Positions 8,932 to 18,953 of a stretch of DNA of 64,000 bases are shown here, piece after piece (position 1 is the stretch's first letter; each line of letters starts with the position of its first letter). The notes below the pieces were generated by a model that saw only the letters and a program-made list of their open reading frames with translations, had not been told where the DNA came from and made no database searches. The stretch is from an uncultured Verrucomicrobiae bacterium (GTDB lineage: Bacteria; Verrucomicrobiota; Verrucomicrobiia; Chthoniobacterales; JAATET01): NCBI GenBank assembly GCA_963719495.1, contig CAVRCI010000001.1, forward strand, positions 1-64,000, given 5' to 3'. Position numbers and translations under genes: made by a program.

Positions 8932-10155
8932 TCACCCGTCACCCGTCACCCTCACCCCCACGTCGACCTCAACCGGGCTCCCCACCTCCACCCCGCCCGA
9001 CCCCGCGCCCAGTTCCTTCAACTGCCGAGCCTTCGGCAGCACCATTCGCTCCAGGCTGCCCACCGCCCGATTATAACTCTCCGTCGCGCCGGTCAACCCG
9101 CGCCCGACCTTCGCGAGGTGCTCGGTGAACGTCCCGAGCCGGTCGTGCAATTCCCGTCCGACCTCGCCGATCAGCCGCGCATTGTCGCTCATCCGATCCT
9201 GCTTCCAGCCGTAATGCACCGCCTGGAGCAAAGCGATGAGCGTCGTCGGCGACGCGGGGATCACCCGCCGTTCAACCGCCCACTCGATCAGCCCGGGGTC
9301 ATTTTCAACCGCCGCCCCGAACGCCGTCTCCAGTGGCATGAACATCACCACGATCTCCGGCGAATCCTCGAATTGCGCCCAATACGCCTTGCCCGCCAGC
9401 CGCTCGACGTGCGTCCGCGTCTGCCGGGCGTGCCGCCGCAATTGCTCGGTCCGCTCGCCCTCGTCGACCGCCTCGACCGCATTGAGGTAAGCCTCGAGCG
9501 CCACCTTCGAATCCACGACCACCGATTTTCCGCCCGGCAGATTCACCACCAAATCCGGCCGCAGCAATCCGCCCTCGCCCACCACCGAAGTCTGCTCGGT
9601 GAAATCACAATGCCGCTGCATCCCGGCCAATTCCACCACCCGCCGCAGCGTGATTTCACCCCACCGACCCCGCGTGCCCGGGGACCGCAACGCCCGCACC
9701 AGATGCCCCGTCTCCGTCCGCAATTGCGACTGACCGCTCGCCATCGCGTTCACCTGCTCACGCAACGCGGCGTAGGCATCGACCCGTTCCGTCTCCATGG
9801 CCCTCACCGCTTCGCCGAAGCGCGCCAGGTCCTCCCGCATCGGTGCCACCACCGCGTCGACCGCCGCCCGTTTCTGATCGAAATCACCCCGGGCGAGTTC
9901 CATGAAAAGCCGATTATTCTCGGCCAGCGCCGACGCCGACACGGCGCGAAATTCCTCCGACAGCCTCTGCCGCCCCCCCTCGACGAGCGCCATCTTTTCC
10001 GCCACCCCCACCCGCTCGGCCTCGATCAATCCCTCCAGCCACGCCACCCGCGTCTGGGCCGCCGCCAACCGCACGCCCAGAAACACCGCGACCAGCGTCA
10101 CCACGCCCAGCGCCCCGGCCACCACCCAAACCACCGCTCCCAGATCCACCGTCAT
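8932..10155 (-). CDS. rmuC: DNA recombination protein RmuC
   Basis: N-terminal TM helix, coiled coil, RGRWGEITLRRVVELAGM, RPDLVV, VDSKV, SPTTLIALL. Confidence 0.93.
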   Translation of the reverse strand: MTVDLGAVVWVVAGALGVVTLVAVFLGVRLAAAQTRVAWLEGLIEAERVGVAEKMALVEGGRQRLSEEFRAVSASALAENNRLFMELARGDFDQKRAAVDAVVAPMREDLARFGEAVRAMETERVDAYAALREQVNAMASGQSQLRTETGHLVRALRSPGTRGRWGEITLRRVVELAGMQRHCDFTEQTSVVGEGGLLRPDLVVNLPGGKSVVVDSKVALEAYLNAVEAVDEGERTEQLRRHARQTRTHVERLAGKAYWAQFEDSPEIVVMFMPLETAFGAAVENDPGLIEWAVERRVIPASPTTLIALLQAVHYGWKQDRMSDNARLIGEVGRELHDRLGTFTEHLAKVGRGLTGATESYNRAVGSLERMVLPKARQLKELGAGSGGVEVGSPVEVDVGVRVTGDG

Positions 10156-10286
10156 GCGCGGAGCAGCCTACCGGGATTGTCTCCGGGCGCGAATCCAATC
10201 CCATCGTCCCAGTTCGCCTTCGCAACCACTCGGCAAGTATCGGATTTTCTTGCTCCGATCCCGGCCATAGTGCATTCCCTTACCCC

Positions 10287-10682
10287 ATGAAGCTTCTCGT
10301 CGTCGACGACCAGGGACCCGTCGGGGAAATCATCAGCCGCGTCGCGCAGCAAAGCGGCTGGGAAGCGATCCACACCACCACGCCCGACGACCTCGGTGCC
10401 AAGATCATCGACGAGAAGGTCTCCGTCCTGCTCATCGACTACGCGGTCGACGGGAATCCGCATTCGACCCGCAACGGCCTCACGGTCACAGCGGAGCTCC
10501 GCGCCGCCGGGATCACCATCCCGGTCATCCTCTTCAGCGGCTGGCCGAACCTGATCGACGCCAAGCGAGCGAAGGAACTCGACGTCCTGAAGGTCCTCGA
10601 GAAACCGCTCAGCATCCAGGATCTGCAACAGACTCTCGACGCCGCCCGCGAACGCTCCGGAGAGACGGGCGCGTCCGCCTGA
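10287..10682 (+). CDS. Single-domain response regulator
   Basis: LVVDD, LIDY, NGL, PVILFSG, KP receiver motifs. Confidence 0.85.
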   Translation: MKLLVVDDQGPVGEIISRVAQQSGWEAIHTTTPDDLGAKIIDEKVSVLLIDYAVDGNPHSTRNGLTVTAELRAAGITIPVILFSGWPNLIDAKRAKELDVLKVLEKPLSIQDLQQTLDAARERSGETGASA

Positions 10683-10717
10683 GTCCGCCGACACCCGCCG
10701 AGCCCACCCGGAAATTT

Positions 10718-11839
10718 TCAGCGCAAAGCCGCGGCGATCGTCCGCTTGAGAGCGTCGGGACTGAACGGTTTGCGCAGGAAATTCTCTTCCGTCAGATACG
10801 GGTGCTCCTCGCCGTCGTCGGCGAATCCGCTCATGTAGAGGATGGGGAAATCCGGACGGTCCCGCAGGATCGCCAGCGCCACGTCGCGGCCCGACAACTC
10901 CCCGGGCAACACGAGATCCGCGAGCACGAGATCGATCTCTTCTTTCTGCCGCTCCCAAGCCGCCAGTGCGGCGTCCCCGTCCGCGACGTCCACCACGCGC
11001 AGACCCGCTCCCACGAGGATCCGCTTCGCCAGGTCCCGAATCCCGGGATCGTCCTCGACCAGCAGCAGCAAGCGACCCCGCGGCGGCCCCGGCCCAGCAC
11101 CCCCAGTCGCCACTTTTGTCACCGCCGCACTTCCCGTCGACGCCCGCGGAAGGCGCACGACGAACCGGCTACCGCGCCCCACCTCGCTTTCGACCTCGAT
11201 TTCGCCGCCGTGGCGCTCCACCACCCGGCGCACCGTGAACAGACCCATGCCCGTCCCGACTCCCTTGGGCTTCGTCGTGAAGAGGGGTTCGAAAATTTTC
11301 TCCCGCATCTCCTCGGGAATCCCCGGCCCATCGTCGCCGACCGAGATCTCGATCGATCCATCCGCGCCACCGACCGCCCGGCATTCCACCCGCACTTCGC
11401 CCCGGCCCGTGAACGCGTCCGCCGCGTTCAGAATGAGATTGAGGAGCACCTGCTCGATTTCTCCCGGGTCGCCGACCACCCACAGATCCTCGCCGTCCAC
11501 CGCCACCGACAGCTCCGCCCGGTTCGAAACGAACGTCCTCACCAGATCGGTGTGGGTCCGGACCACCCCTCCGACGTCGAAAGACTCTTGCACCCTCTCG
11601 CGGCGACGCGCCAGATCGAGTACTTTCCGCGTCAGGTCCGCGGACCGCATGCACGCCTGGCCGATTTTCCCGGCGATGTCGACCACCTCTCCCTCCGACA
11701 TCCCCCCCTGCTCGAGCAGCGCCGCGTTGAGCTGCGCCAGCGTCAGAAGGTTGTTCAAATCGTGAATCACCGACGTGGCCAGTCGACCGATGACCTCCAT
11801 CTTCTGGGACTCCAGTGGGAAATTCGTCAGCTCCTGCAT
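10718..11839 (-). CDS. Cytoplasmic hybrid histidine kinase (HisKA-HATPase-REC)
   Basis: HDLNNLL, QVLLNLILNA, DDGPGI, FTTK, GTGMGL, C-terminal receiver; no sensor domain. Confidence 0.9.
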   Translation of the reverse strand: MQELTNFPLESQKMEVIGRLATSVIHDLNNLLTLAQLNAALLEQGGMSEGEVVDIAGKIGQACMRSADLTRKVLDLARRRERVQESFDVGGVVRTHTDLVRTFVSNRAELSVAVDGEDLWVVGDPGEIEQVLLNLILNAADAFTGRGEVRVECRAVGGADGSIEISVGDDGPGIPEEMREKIFEPLFTTKPKGVGTGMGLFTVRRVVERHGGEIEVESEVGRGSRFVVRLPRASTGSAAVTKVATGGAGPGPPRGRLLLLVEDDPGIRDLAKRILVGAGLRVVDVADGDAALAAWERQKEEIDLVLADLVLPGELSGRDVALAILRDRPDFPILYMSGFADDGEEHPYLTEENFLRKPFSPDALKRTIAAALR

Positions 11840-11940
11840 GGGGAAGGCGAATCAATCGACGGGCTGGCAAAAAATCAACACTTTGCTTTGAAAAATACGC
11901 GTGTATCTTTAGCGGAGTCGTCAAGCCGCAATCTTCTTAG

Positions 11941-12375
11941 ATGTCCACCACTCCTGAAAACACCATCTACGAAGGCCTTCTGGCCATGTTGGAGACGGAG
12001 TATCCCAAGACCTGCCCCCGCTGCGGCACCGTTTACCCCAGTCTGGAGGCCTTCATCGACCGCACGAACCCCGTCTCGGGGGGCGGAACCGGGCTCATGG
12101 GCTACGACACCGGCGACACCATGCAGCAGGTCGCCATGTATCGAAACTGCGTCTGCGGGTCGACGATCGCGACCTTCTGCAACGATCGCCGCGACACCTC
12201 CCCGGCGGGCGCCCGCCGCCGCGTGATGTTCGACCAGCTCCTCACCCAGTTGCAAGCGAATGGCGTCGCCGCCAGCACCGCCCGGTTGGAGCTGCTCAAG
12301 TTCCTCCGCGGCCAGAAGACCGACCTCCTCGACCGTCTCGTCTCCAACGGCTCGCGGCTCCAGCCCCAGGCGTAG
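11941..12375 (+). CDS. Conserved hypothetical Cys-motif protein
   Basis: YPKTCPRCG, RNCVCGST, RRDTSPAGARRR; typical codon usage. Confidence 0.7.
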   Translation: MSTTPENTIYEGLLAMLETEYPKTCPRCGTVYPSLEAFIDRTNPVSGGGTGLMGYDTGDTMQQVAMYRNCVCGSTIATFCNDRRDTSPAGARRRVMFDQLLTQLQANGVAASTARLELLKFLRGQKTDLLDRLVSNGSRLQPQA

Positions 12376-12404
12376 CGGGAAGGCCGACACCCGGGGAACG
12401 CGGG

Positions 12405-13136
12405 CTAGATGTTGTCCCCGAGGAACGTGTGAATCCCGCACTCAGCCTTGTCGAACCCGGTCCACCGCCCCGCCCGCTCGTTCTGCCCCTCCGAGACCGG
12501 CCGCGTGCAAGGCACGCACCCGATGCTCCGGTATCCCCGGCTCAGCAGCGAATTCACCGGGATGTCGTGGCGCTCGAGGTAATCCCGCACCCCGTCGCGT
12601 GACCAATTGCACATCGGATTGATCTTCAAAATCCGCCGGTCCCGCAGCACGTCGAATTTGTAAAGCTCGAGAATCTGCGTCTTCTCCCGCTCGTCCGACT
12701 GTTGCCGCCGCAGACCCGTGATCCAGCCGTCCAGCGTGGACAGCTTGTTCTGCAGCGGGATCACCTTTCGCATCGTGCAGCACAGATCCGGCTGCCGCGT
12801 CCACAGCTCCGGCCCGTGCTCCGCCGCCTGCTCCCCCACGGTCTGCTCCGGATGCAACGACTCGATCTCGATTCCAAACCTTGTTTCCAATCTCTCCTTC
12901 AGTTCCATCGTCTCCGGGAAAAGCAGCCCCGTATCGATCGTAAACAGCGGAAACCGAAACCCGTTCTCGTAAGCCGTGTGCGCGACCACCAGCCCCGCAC
13001 CCTGAAAGCTCGTCCCGATCGCCGCTTTCTCGCCGTAAGTGTCCCACGCCCACCGCAGGATCTCCACCAACTCCGCACTCTCGAACTCTTCCGCCTTCCG
13101 GTGAATCACCTCCGGATCGAACTTCTCCAACGACAT
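12405..13136 (-). CDS. cysH: Adenylyl-sulfate/PAPS reductase (Fe-S APS-reductase type)
   Basis: DTGLLFPET, CCTMRKV, WITGLRR, SIGCVPCT, ERAGRW, ECGIH. Confidence 0.92.
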   Translation of the reverse strand: MSLEKFDPEVIHRKAEEFESAELVEILRWAWDTYGEKAAIGTSFQGAGLVVAHTAYENGFRFPLFTIDTGLLFPETMELKERLETRFGIEIESLHPEQTVGEQAAEHGPELWTRQPDLCCTMRKVIPLQNKLSTLDGWITGLRRQQSDEREKTQILELYKFDVLRDRRILKINPMCNWSRDGVRDYLERHDIPVNSLLSRGYRSIGCVPCTRPVSEGQNERAGRWTGFDKAECGIHTFLGDNI

Positions 13137-13377
13137 AATCCGCTACAAAACGCACAAACCCCCAACAAACACAAACCCCGCGGAGTCTTATGACGCGCGC
13201 AGTCGGTCGTCCCCCGATCCAGAGGAGATCAAAGCAACGGTAGCCGGAGGTTGAAAACCTTCGGACTCTCAAAACCCAAACGCCACGATCCCGAAGGGAT
13301 CACACCCCCACCCGCCAACGCCCAAAATTCAAAATTGGCCAAACCCCACCCAATTTGAAACTCTCCCTCCCCACCGC

Positions 13378-14337
13378 ATGGCCTTCCTCCACTCCGACGC
13401 CCTCACCCGCCTCACCGAGGCCCACGCCGCGGGACGCCTCGCCCACGCCTACCTCCTCGTCGGCCCCCGCGGCAGCGGAAAGAACGAGATCCTCCGGCAA
13501 CTCACCGCCCGCATCCTCGACGTCGCGCCCGCCGACGCCTTCACCCACCCCGATTTTCACCTCGCGGAGCCCGAATCCAAATCCCGCCGCATCCTCATCG
13601 AGCCGATTCGCCGGCTCGAACGCGCCATCCGCTCCGGATCCACCGCCGGCGGGGCGAAGATCGCCGTGATCCGCGAAGCCGACCGACTCCAACCCCAAGC
13701 CGCGAACGCCTTCCTCAAAACCCTCGAAGAACCTCCCTCCGGCGCCCACCTTTTTCTCTCCTCATCCGTCCCCGGCGCCCTCCTCGACACCATCATCTCC
13801 CGCTGCATCGTCGTCGCGCTCCGCGCCGGAGCCCCGCCCGAACCCAGCCCCGCCGAACTCGACCTCGTCGACGCGCTCGAGACCATCGTCCGCCAGCCCA
13901 CCTCCGCCGTCGGCGACGCCTTTCGCCTCGCCCGCACCTTCCTCGACCTCCTCGGAGCGGAACGCCAGACCATCCGCGACGAATTCCTCGCCGCCTACAA
14001 AGAAGACCAGAAGCATTACCAAAAAACCACCGACGGCGCCTGGCTCGACGAACGCGAAGACCAGATCAAAGCCCTCACCGAAGCCACCGTCCTCCGCCGC
14101 CGCGCCGATCTCCTCCAGACCGTCACCAACTGGTTCACCGACGCCCTCCGCATCCAGCACCAAGTCCCCCCCATCGCTGACCGCCCCACCCAGCACACCG
14201 CCGCCGAGACCCTTTCGACCCGCATCCTCCTCCGCCGCATCCAAGCGCTGGAAACCATGACCACCGACCTCAACACCAGCGTCTACGAGCAGGTAGCGGT
14301 AGAATCCGGCTTCCTCAGACTCTTCACCGCCCGTTGA
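13378..14337 (+). CDS. holB: DNA polymerase III subunit delta'
   Basis: HAYLLVGPRGSGK, HPDF, AANAFLKTLEEP, TIISRC. Confidence 0.88.
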   Translation: MAFLHSDALTRLTEAHAAGRLAHAYLLVGPRGSGKNEILRQLTARILDVAPADAFTHPDFHLAEPESKSRRILIEPIRRLERAIRSGSTAGGAKIAVIREADRLQPQAANAFLKTLEEPPSGAHLFLSSSVPGALLDTIISRCIVVALRAGAPPEPSPAELDLVDALETIVRQPTSAVGDAFRLARTFLDLLGAERQTIRDEFLAAYKEDQKHYQKTTDGAWLDEREDQIKALTEATVLRRRADLLQTVTNWFTDALRIQHQVPPIADRPTQHTAAETLSTRILLRRIQALETMTTDLNTSVYEQVAVESGFLRLFTAR

Positions 14338-14396
14338 GATCCCGCGAAGCGGCGATCCATTTCTAATTTCGCATTTCTAATTTCTAATTTTCTCGA

Positions 14397-15143
14397 ATGA
14401 GACTCGTCATCAAGCTCGGCACCGGCGTCCTCGCCCGCCCCCACGGCCGCACCCTCGACACCGCGCAATTCCGCCGCCTTGCCGCGGAATTCGCCTCCCT
14501 CGTCGCCGACGGCCACACCTGCATCGTCGTCAGCAGCGGTGCCGTCACCGCCGGCCTTTCCGCCCTCGGTCTCACCGAACGCCCCACCGACCTCCCCGGC
14601 AAACAGGCCTGCGCCTCCGCCGGCCAGCCCCGCCTCATCCGCACCTGGGACTCCGCCCTGCGCCGCCACGAACTCGCCGCCGCCCAACTCCTCCTCACCC
14701 ACGACGACATCGACAGCCGCCGCCGCCGCGCCAACGCCCGCAACACCCTCGAGCGCCTCCTCGCCGCCCACACCGTCCTCCCCATCATCAACGAAAACGA
14801 CTCCGTCGCCACCGAGGAGCTCAATTTCGGCGACAACGACCGCCTATCCGCCGAAGTCGCCATCCTCGCCGAAGCCGACCTCCTCGTCATCCTCACCGCC
14901 TCCGACGGCGTCATGGACCAAGGCCAACGCGTCCCCGTCATCGACGACATCGACGCCGCCTTCTCGCTCGTCACCGCCGAGAAGGGCCCCAACTCCGTCG
15001 GCGGCATGGGTGCCAAGCTCACCGCCGTCAAAATCGCCGTCCAAGCCGGTATCACCACCGTCGTCGCCGACGGTCGCCAACCCAACCGCATCGCGGATGC
15101 CCTGGCGGGAAAAGACGTCGGCACCCGCTTCCCCGCCCGATGA
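14397..15143 (+). CDS. proB: Glutamate 5-kinase (no PUA domain)
   Basis: VIKLGT, VSSGAV, KQACASAGQ, PIINEND, FGDND, GGMGAK. Confidence 0.92.
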   Translation: MRLVIKLGTGVLARPHGRTLDTAQFRRLAAEFASLVADGHTCIVVSSGAVTAGLSALGLTERPTDLPGKQACASAGQPRLIRTWDSALRRHELAAAQLLLTHDDIDSRRRRANARNTLERLLAAHTVLPIINENDSVATEELNFGDNDRLSAEVAILAEADLLVILTASDGVMDQGQRVPVIDDIDAAFSLVTAEKGPNSVGGMGAKLTAVKIAVQAGITTVVADGRQPNRIADALAGKDVGTRFPAR

Positions 15144-15150
15144 AACGACG

Positions 15151-15200
15151 GGGACCGCGCGCGTCCCCGCGTGCGAGCGGCGGCGTCCCGCCGCCGCGCC
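15151..15200. repeat. REP-like element of the gggagcgcacgcgtccccgcgtgc...cggcgtcccgccg family
   Basis: Related copies just after stop codons at ~31918, ~47101, ~51886. Confidence 0.75.
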
Positions 15201-15320
15201 GGGCAATCCGCGCCAGCGGGAGCCGGTGATCAGGCGATCAGGCGGTTTGGACAAACGAGACGAATGCGGTTAAGACAGAGGCCAAGTATCTGAGAAAGCG
15301 TTCCCGAGCCCACCCGCCCC

Positions 15321-16220
15321 ATGACCCCGCCCGCCACCCGTCCCAACCCACCCCTCGTCTCGGCCACCCGCATCCTTACCCTCGCGGCAAACACCCTCAC
15401 GGAGCTCACCCGGCTCAAAATTTTCTACTTCCTCCTCATCTTCGCGCTCCTCGTGATCGGAAATTCCGTCTTCATGGCGAAGCTCTCGTTCGAAGAAGAA
15501 TTCCAAATGCTCAAGGACGTCGCCCTCGGCGCGATGGCGATCTTCACGTCCCTCATCGCGATCCTGGCCACCGCGATGCTCATCCCGAAGGACGTCGAGG
15601 ACCGCACGATCTACACGATTCTCGCCAAGCCCGTCCCGCGTTTCGAATACCTCGCCGGGAAGCTCCTCGGCATCGCCTTCCTCCTCGCCATTGCGATCGG
15701 CGTGATGACCACCCTCTTCCTCACCGTCCTCTGGCTCCGCGAAAGCGCCGTCGTCGCCGAAGCTACCCGCCAGGCCGCCGACATCGCGCCCGACGAACTC
15801 ACCCGCGCCATCGACCAGATCAAAGCCTCGACCTTCAACGCCAATCTCTTCCCCGGCATCGTCATGATTTTCGCCAAGGCCCTCGTCCTCGCGGCGTTCA
15901 CGCTCTTCGTCAGCACCTTCGCGACCTCGAGCATCTTCGCGATGTTCATCTCCATCGCCGTCTACTTCATCGGCCACCTCCAATCCACCGCCCGCGAATA
16001 CTGGCTCGACGGGGCCGTCGTCCAGTGGTGGACGAAAATTCTTCTCGCCCTCGTCGCCCTCGTTTTCCCAGACCTCCAGGCCTTCAGCTTCAACGATCAA
16101 ATCGTCGGCGGCCTCGCCATCCCGACCGCTCTTTTCCTCCAAAGCCTCGGCCTGGCCACCTTCTACGTTGCCGTCTACTACGCACTTGCAACCTTCCTCT
16201 TCACCAACCGCGAGCTATGA
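15321..16220 (+). CDS. ABC-2 type transporter permease
   Basis: Multiple TM helices, EDRTIYTILAKPVPRFEYLAGK, FTNREL C-terminus. Confidence 0.85.
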   Translation: MTPPATRPNPPLVSATRILTLAANTLTELTRLKIFYFLLIFALLVIGNSVFMAKLSFEEEFQMLKDVALGAMAIFTSLIAILATAMLIPKDVEDRTIYTILAKPVPRFEYLAGKLLGIAFLLAIAIGVMTTLFLTVLWLRESAVVAEATRQAADIAPDELTRAIDQIKASTFNANLFPGIVMIFAKALVLAAFTLFVSTFATSSIFAMFISIAVYFIGHLQSTAREYWLDGAVVQWWTKILLALVALVFPDLQAFSFNDQIVGGLAIPTALFLQSLGLATFYVAVYYALATFLFTNREL

Positions 16221-16241
16221 TCGCAAACCGTACCGACGCTG

Positions 16242-16392
16242 GGGACCGCGACGGGGACCGCGAGCTTCCAGCTCGCCGCGACGACCTTCCAGGTCGTCGC
16301 CCCCCCACCCGCGCGAAGCGCCACCTCGAGAATGGCGACCGTTGGGTTCTCGGCCCAGGTCGTCGCCCGCCCACCCGCGCGAAGCGCCACTC
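16242..16392. repeat. Composite REP-like cluster
   Basis: ggggaccgcga x2, gcgagcttccagctcgc palindrome, caggtcgtcgccc(c/g)cccacccgcgcgaagcgccac x2. Confidence 0.7.
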
Positions 16393-16404
16393 CCCCACCC
16401 GACG

Positions 16405-17181
16405 ATGAGCCGTCACCTCCGCACCACCGCCGTCCTCGTCGCGCTCCTGCTCGCCGGAGCCATCGCTCTGCCGCTCCAGACCAACCTGTCAAAACTCCGC
16501 GCCGCCTCCGGCTTCAGCGCCCCGTCCCTCGACCTCTCCCTCCGCGAACGCGTCGGCCAGCTCTCCTTCCTCGCCGCGCTCAGCGGCTTCCGCTCCTTCA
16601 TCGCCGCCGTCGATTGGATCGAAGCCCACATCGCTTGGCAGGATACCGAATGGGGCCGCATGGCCGGCCTCATCGACACCGTCACCACCCTCCAGCCCCA
16701 CTCCACCCTCTACTGGGACATGGGGTCCTGGCACATGGCGTGGAACGCCGCCATCAACGCCCGCAACAACGAAGCCGCCGAGCCCAGCGAGGCCCTCCGC
16801 GTCCGCAAGGAGCGCCAATACGTCGACCTCGGCCGCTCGATGCTCGAGGACGGCATCCGCAACAATCCCGACAACCGCCTCCTCTACGAACGCCTCGGCC
16901 TCCTCCTCTCCCAGCGCGCGGGCGACCACTGCGCCGCCGCCCAGGCCTACGCGAAATCCGCCTCCTTTCCCGACGCCCCCGCCTACGTCAAACGCCTCGC
17001 CGCCTACGAGCTCGACCAGTGCCCCGACAGCGAGCAGGAAGCCTACGACGCCCTCCGCGCCGTCTACGACCTCGGCCCCGACGAACGCAAGCCCTCCGTC
17101 ATCGTTCGCCTCAAGGATCTCGAGGAAAAACTCGGAATTCCCCCGGACGATCGGATAAAAGAGGAGGCTCCTGGCCAATAG
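16405..17181 (+). CDS. Hypothetical membrane-anchored helical (TPR-like) protein
   Basis: ATG 16405, N-terminal TM helix, WHMAWNA and LEDGIRNNP motifs; follows the ABC permease. Confidence 0.75.
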   Translation: MSRHLRTTAVLVALLLAGAIALPLQTNLSKLRAASGFSAPSLDLSLRERVGQLSFLAALSGFRSFIAAVDWIEAHIAWQDTEWGRMAGLIDTVTTLQPHSTLYWDMGSWHMAWNAAINARNNEAAEPSEALRVRKERQYVDLGRSMLEDGIRNNPDNRLLYERLGLLLSQRAGDHCAAAQAYAKSASFPDAPAYVKRLAAYELDQCPDSEQEAYDALRAVYDLGPDERKPSVIVRLKDLEEKLGIPPDDRIKEEAPGQ

Positions 17182-17223
17182 GACCTTCTGACCTTCGACT
17201 TTCCGACCTTCGACCACTCACCC

Positions 17224-17946
17224 ATGCGCTTCGCAATCTTCGGCGACATCCACGCCAATCTCCCCGCCCTCGAGGCCGTCCTCTCGGACGCGCGGACGCA
17301 GCTCGCGACCCACTACGTCTGCATGGGTGACATCGTCGGCTACAACGCCCACCCCCGCGAGTGCCTCGACATCGTCCGCCGGATGGAATGCCCCACCGTC
17401 AAGGGCAACCACGACGAACAGGCCTCCATGATCTCCAACGACGAGGGCTTCAACGCCCTCGCCGAAGAAGCCATCCAGTGGACCCGCCGCCAGCTCGGCG
17501 AGGACGACAAGGACTTCCTCCGCGGCCTCCGCATGCACCGTCAGGTCCGCGATTTCACCGTCGTCCACGCCACCCTCGATACCCCGCACCGCTGGGGCTA
17601 CGTCTTCAACCAGCTCGACGCCGCCGCCAGCTTCAGCTACCAACACACCGCCGTTTGCTTCATCGGCCACACCCACACGCCGAAAGCCTACCTCCGCGAC
17701 GGCAGCGTCCGCACCGTCCCCTTTGATATTCTCACGCTCCAGCAAGGGAAAAAATTCCTCATCAACGTCGGCAGCGTCGGCCAGCCCCGCGACGGCGATC
17801 CCCGGGCCGCCTACTGCGTCTACGACACCAACACCCACGAGATCGAACTCCGCCGCATCGACTACGACATCGAATTCGCGCAGAAATCGATCATCGACGC
17901 CGGCCTCCCCGCCAAACTCGCCGACCGCCTCGCCGAAGGACGGTAG
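17224..17946 (+). CDS. Metallophosphoesterase
   Basis: DIHAN, GDIVGY, GNHD, GHTH, INVGSVGQPRDGDP. Confidence 0.92.
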   Translation: MRFAIFGDIHANLPALEAVLSDARTQLATHYVCMGDIVGYNAHPRECLDIVRRMECPTVKGNHDEQASMISNDEGFNALAEEAIQWTRRQLGEDDKDFLRGLRMHRQVRDFTVVHATLDTPHRWGYVFNQLDAAASFSYQHTAVCFIGHTHTPKAYLRDGSVRTVPFDILTLQQGKKFLINVGSVGQPRDGDPRAAYCVYDTNTHEIELRRIDYDIEFAQKSIIDAGLPAKLADRLAEGR

Positions 17947-17983
17947 TCGAACGTCCACGGTCCAAAGCCTAAAGTCGCCGACC

Positions 17984-18949
17984 TTGAGATCTCCCGACCG
18001 TCCACCGGCGACCATCCTCTTCATCAAACCCGGCTCCCTCGGAGACGTCGTCCACGCCCTCCCCACCGCCGCCGCCCTCCGCGCCGCCCACCCCGCCGCC
18101 CACTTCACCTGGGTCATCGACCCCCGTTGGTCCCCCATCCTCGAAGGCACCGGCATCGCCGACGAACTCCTCGAATTCCCCCGCGAATCCTTCCGCGGCC
18201 TCGGCGGCAAACTGAAAGCCCTCGCCTGGTATCGAGCCCTCGCCGACCGCCAGCCCGACCTCGCCATCGACCTCCAAGGCCTCCTCCGCAGCGCCCTCAT
18301 CGCAAAAGCCGCCGGAGCAAAGAACACGATCGGCCTCTCCGACGCCCGCGAAGGAGCCCGCCACCTCTACGACGAAGTCGCCGACACCACCCCCGCCACC
18401 CACGCCGTCGACCGCTACCTCCAGATCCTCCCCACCCTCGGCATCCCCATCCCAGCGACAAAAGCGTTCCCGCTCCCAGCCACCATTCACAATTCACCAT
18501 TCACCATTCACCATTCACTTCTCCTCCACCCGTTCGCCCGGGGAGCCGGAAAATCGCTCTCACCCGACCAGATCCGCGACCTCGCCACCGCCCTCGCGCC
18601 GACCGCGGTCACCCTCGTCGGCGTCGGCCCCGCCATCGCCGACCTCCCCCCCAACGTCACCGACCTGACCAACCGCACCACGCTCCCCGAGCTGATCGGC
18701 CTCCTCCGTCGAGCCCGCGCGATCATCAGCGTCGACAGCGGCCCCATGCACCTAGCCGCCGCCTTGAACGTCCCCCTCCTCGCCATCCACACCTGGAGCG
18801 ACCCGAGAAAAGTCGGCCCCTACAGCGAAAACGCCTGGATCCACCAAGGCGGCCAGACCCGCCGCCAGGACCGCACTGCGAACGCCCGACCGTCGTCAGA
18901 AGCCACGGTCGGTCTAGCCGCCATCGCCGACTGGACCCGCGAACGGTAG
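17984..18949 (+). CDS. Glycosyltransferase family 9 (LPS heptosyltransferase-like)
   Basis: IKPGSLGDVVHALP, IDLQGLLRS, DSGPMHLAAAL; start uncertain (TTG 17984). Confidence 0.85.
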   Translation: MRSPDRPPATILFIKPGSLGDVVHALPTAAALRAAHPAAHFTWVIDPRWSPILEGTGIADELLEFPRESFRGLGGKLKALAWYRALADRQPDLAIDLQGLLRSALIAKAAGAKNTIGLSDAREGARHLYDEVADTTPATHAVDRYLQILPTLGIPIPATKAFPLPATIHNSPFTIHHSLLLHPFARGAGKSLSPDQIRDLATALAPTAVTLVGVGPAIADLPPNVTDLTNRTTLPELIGLLRRARAIISVDSGPMHLAAALNVPLLAIHTWSDPRKVGPYSENAWIHQGGQTRRQDRTANARPSSEATVGLAAIADWTRER

Positions 18950-18953
18950 GGCT

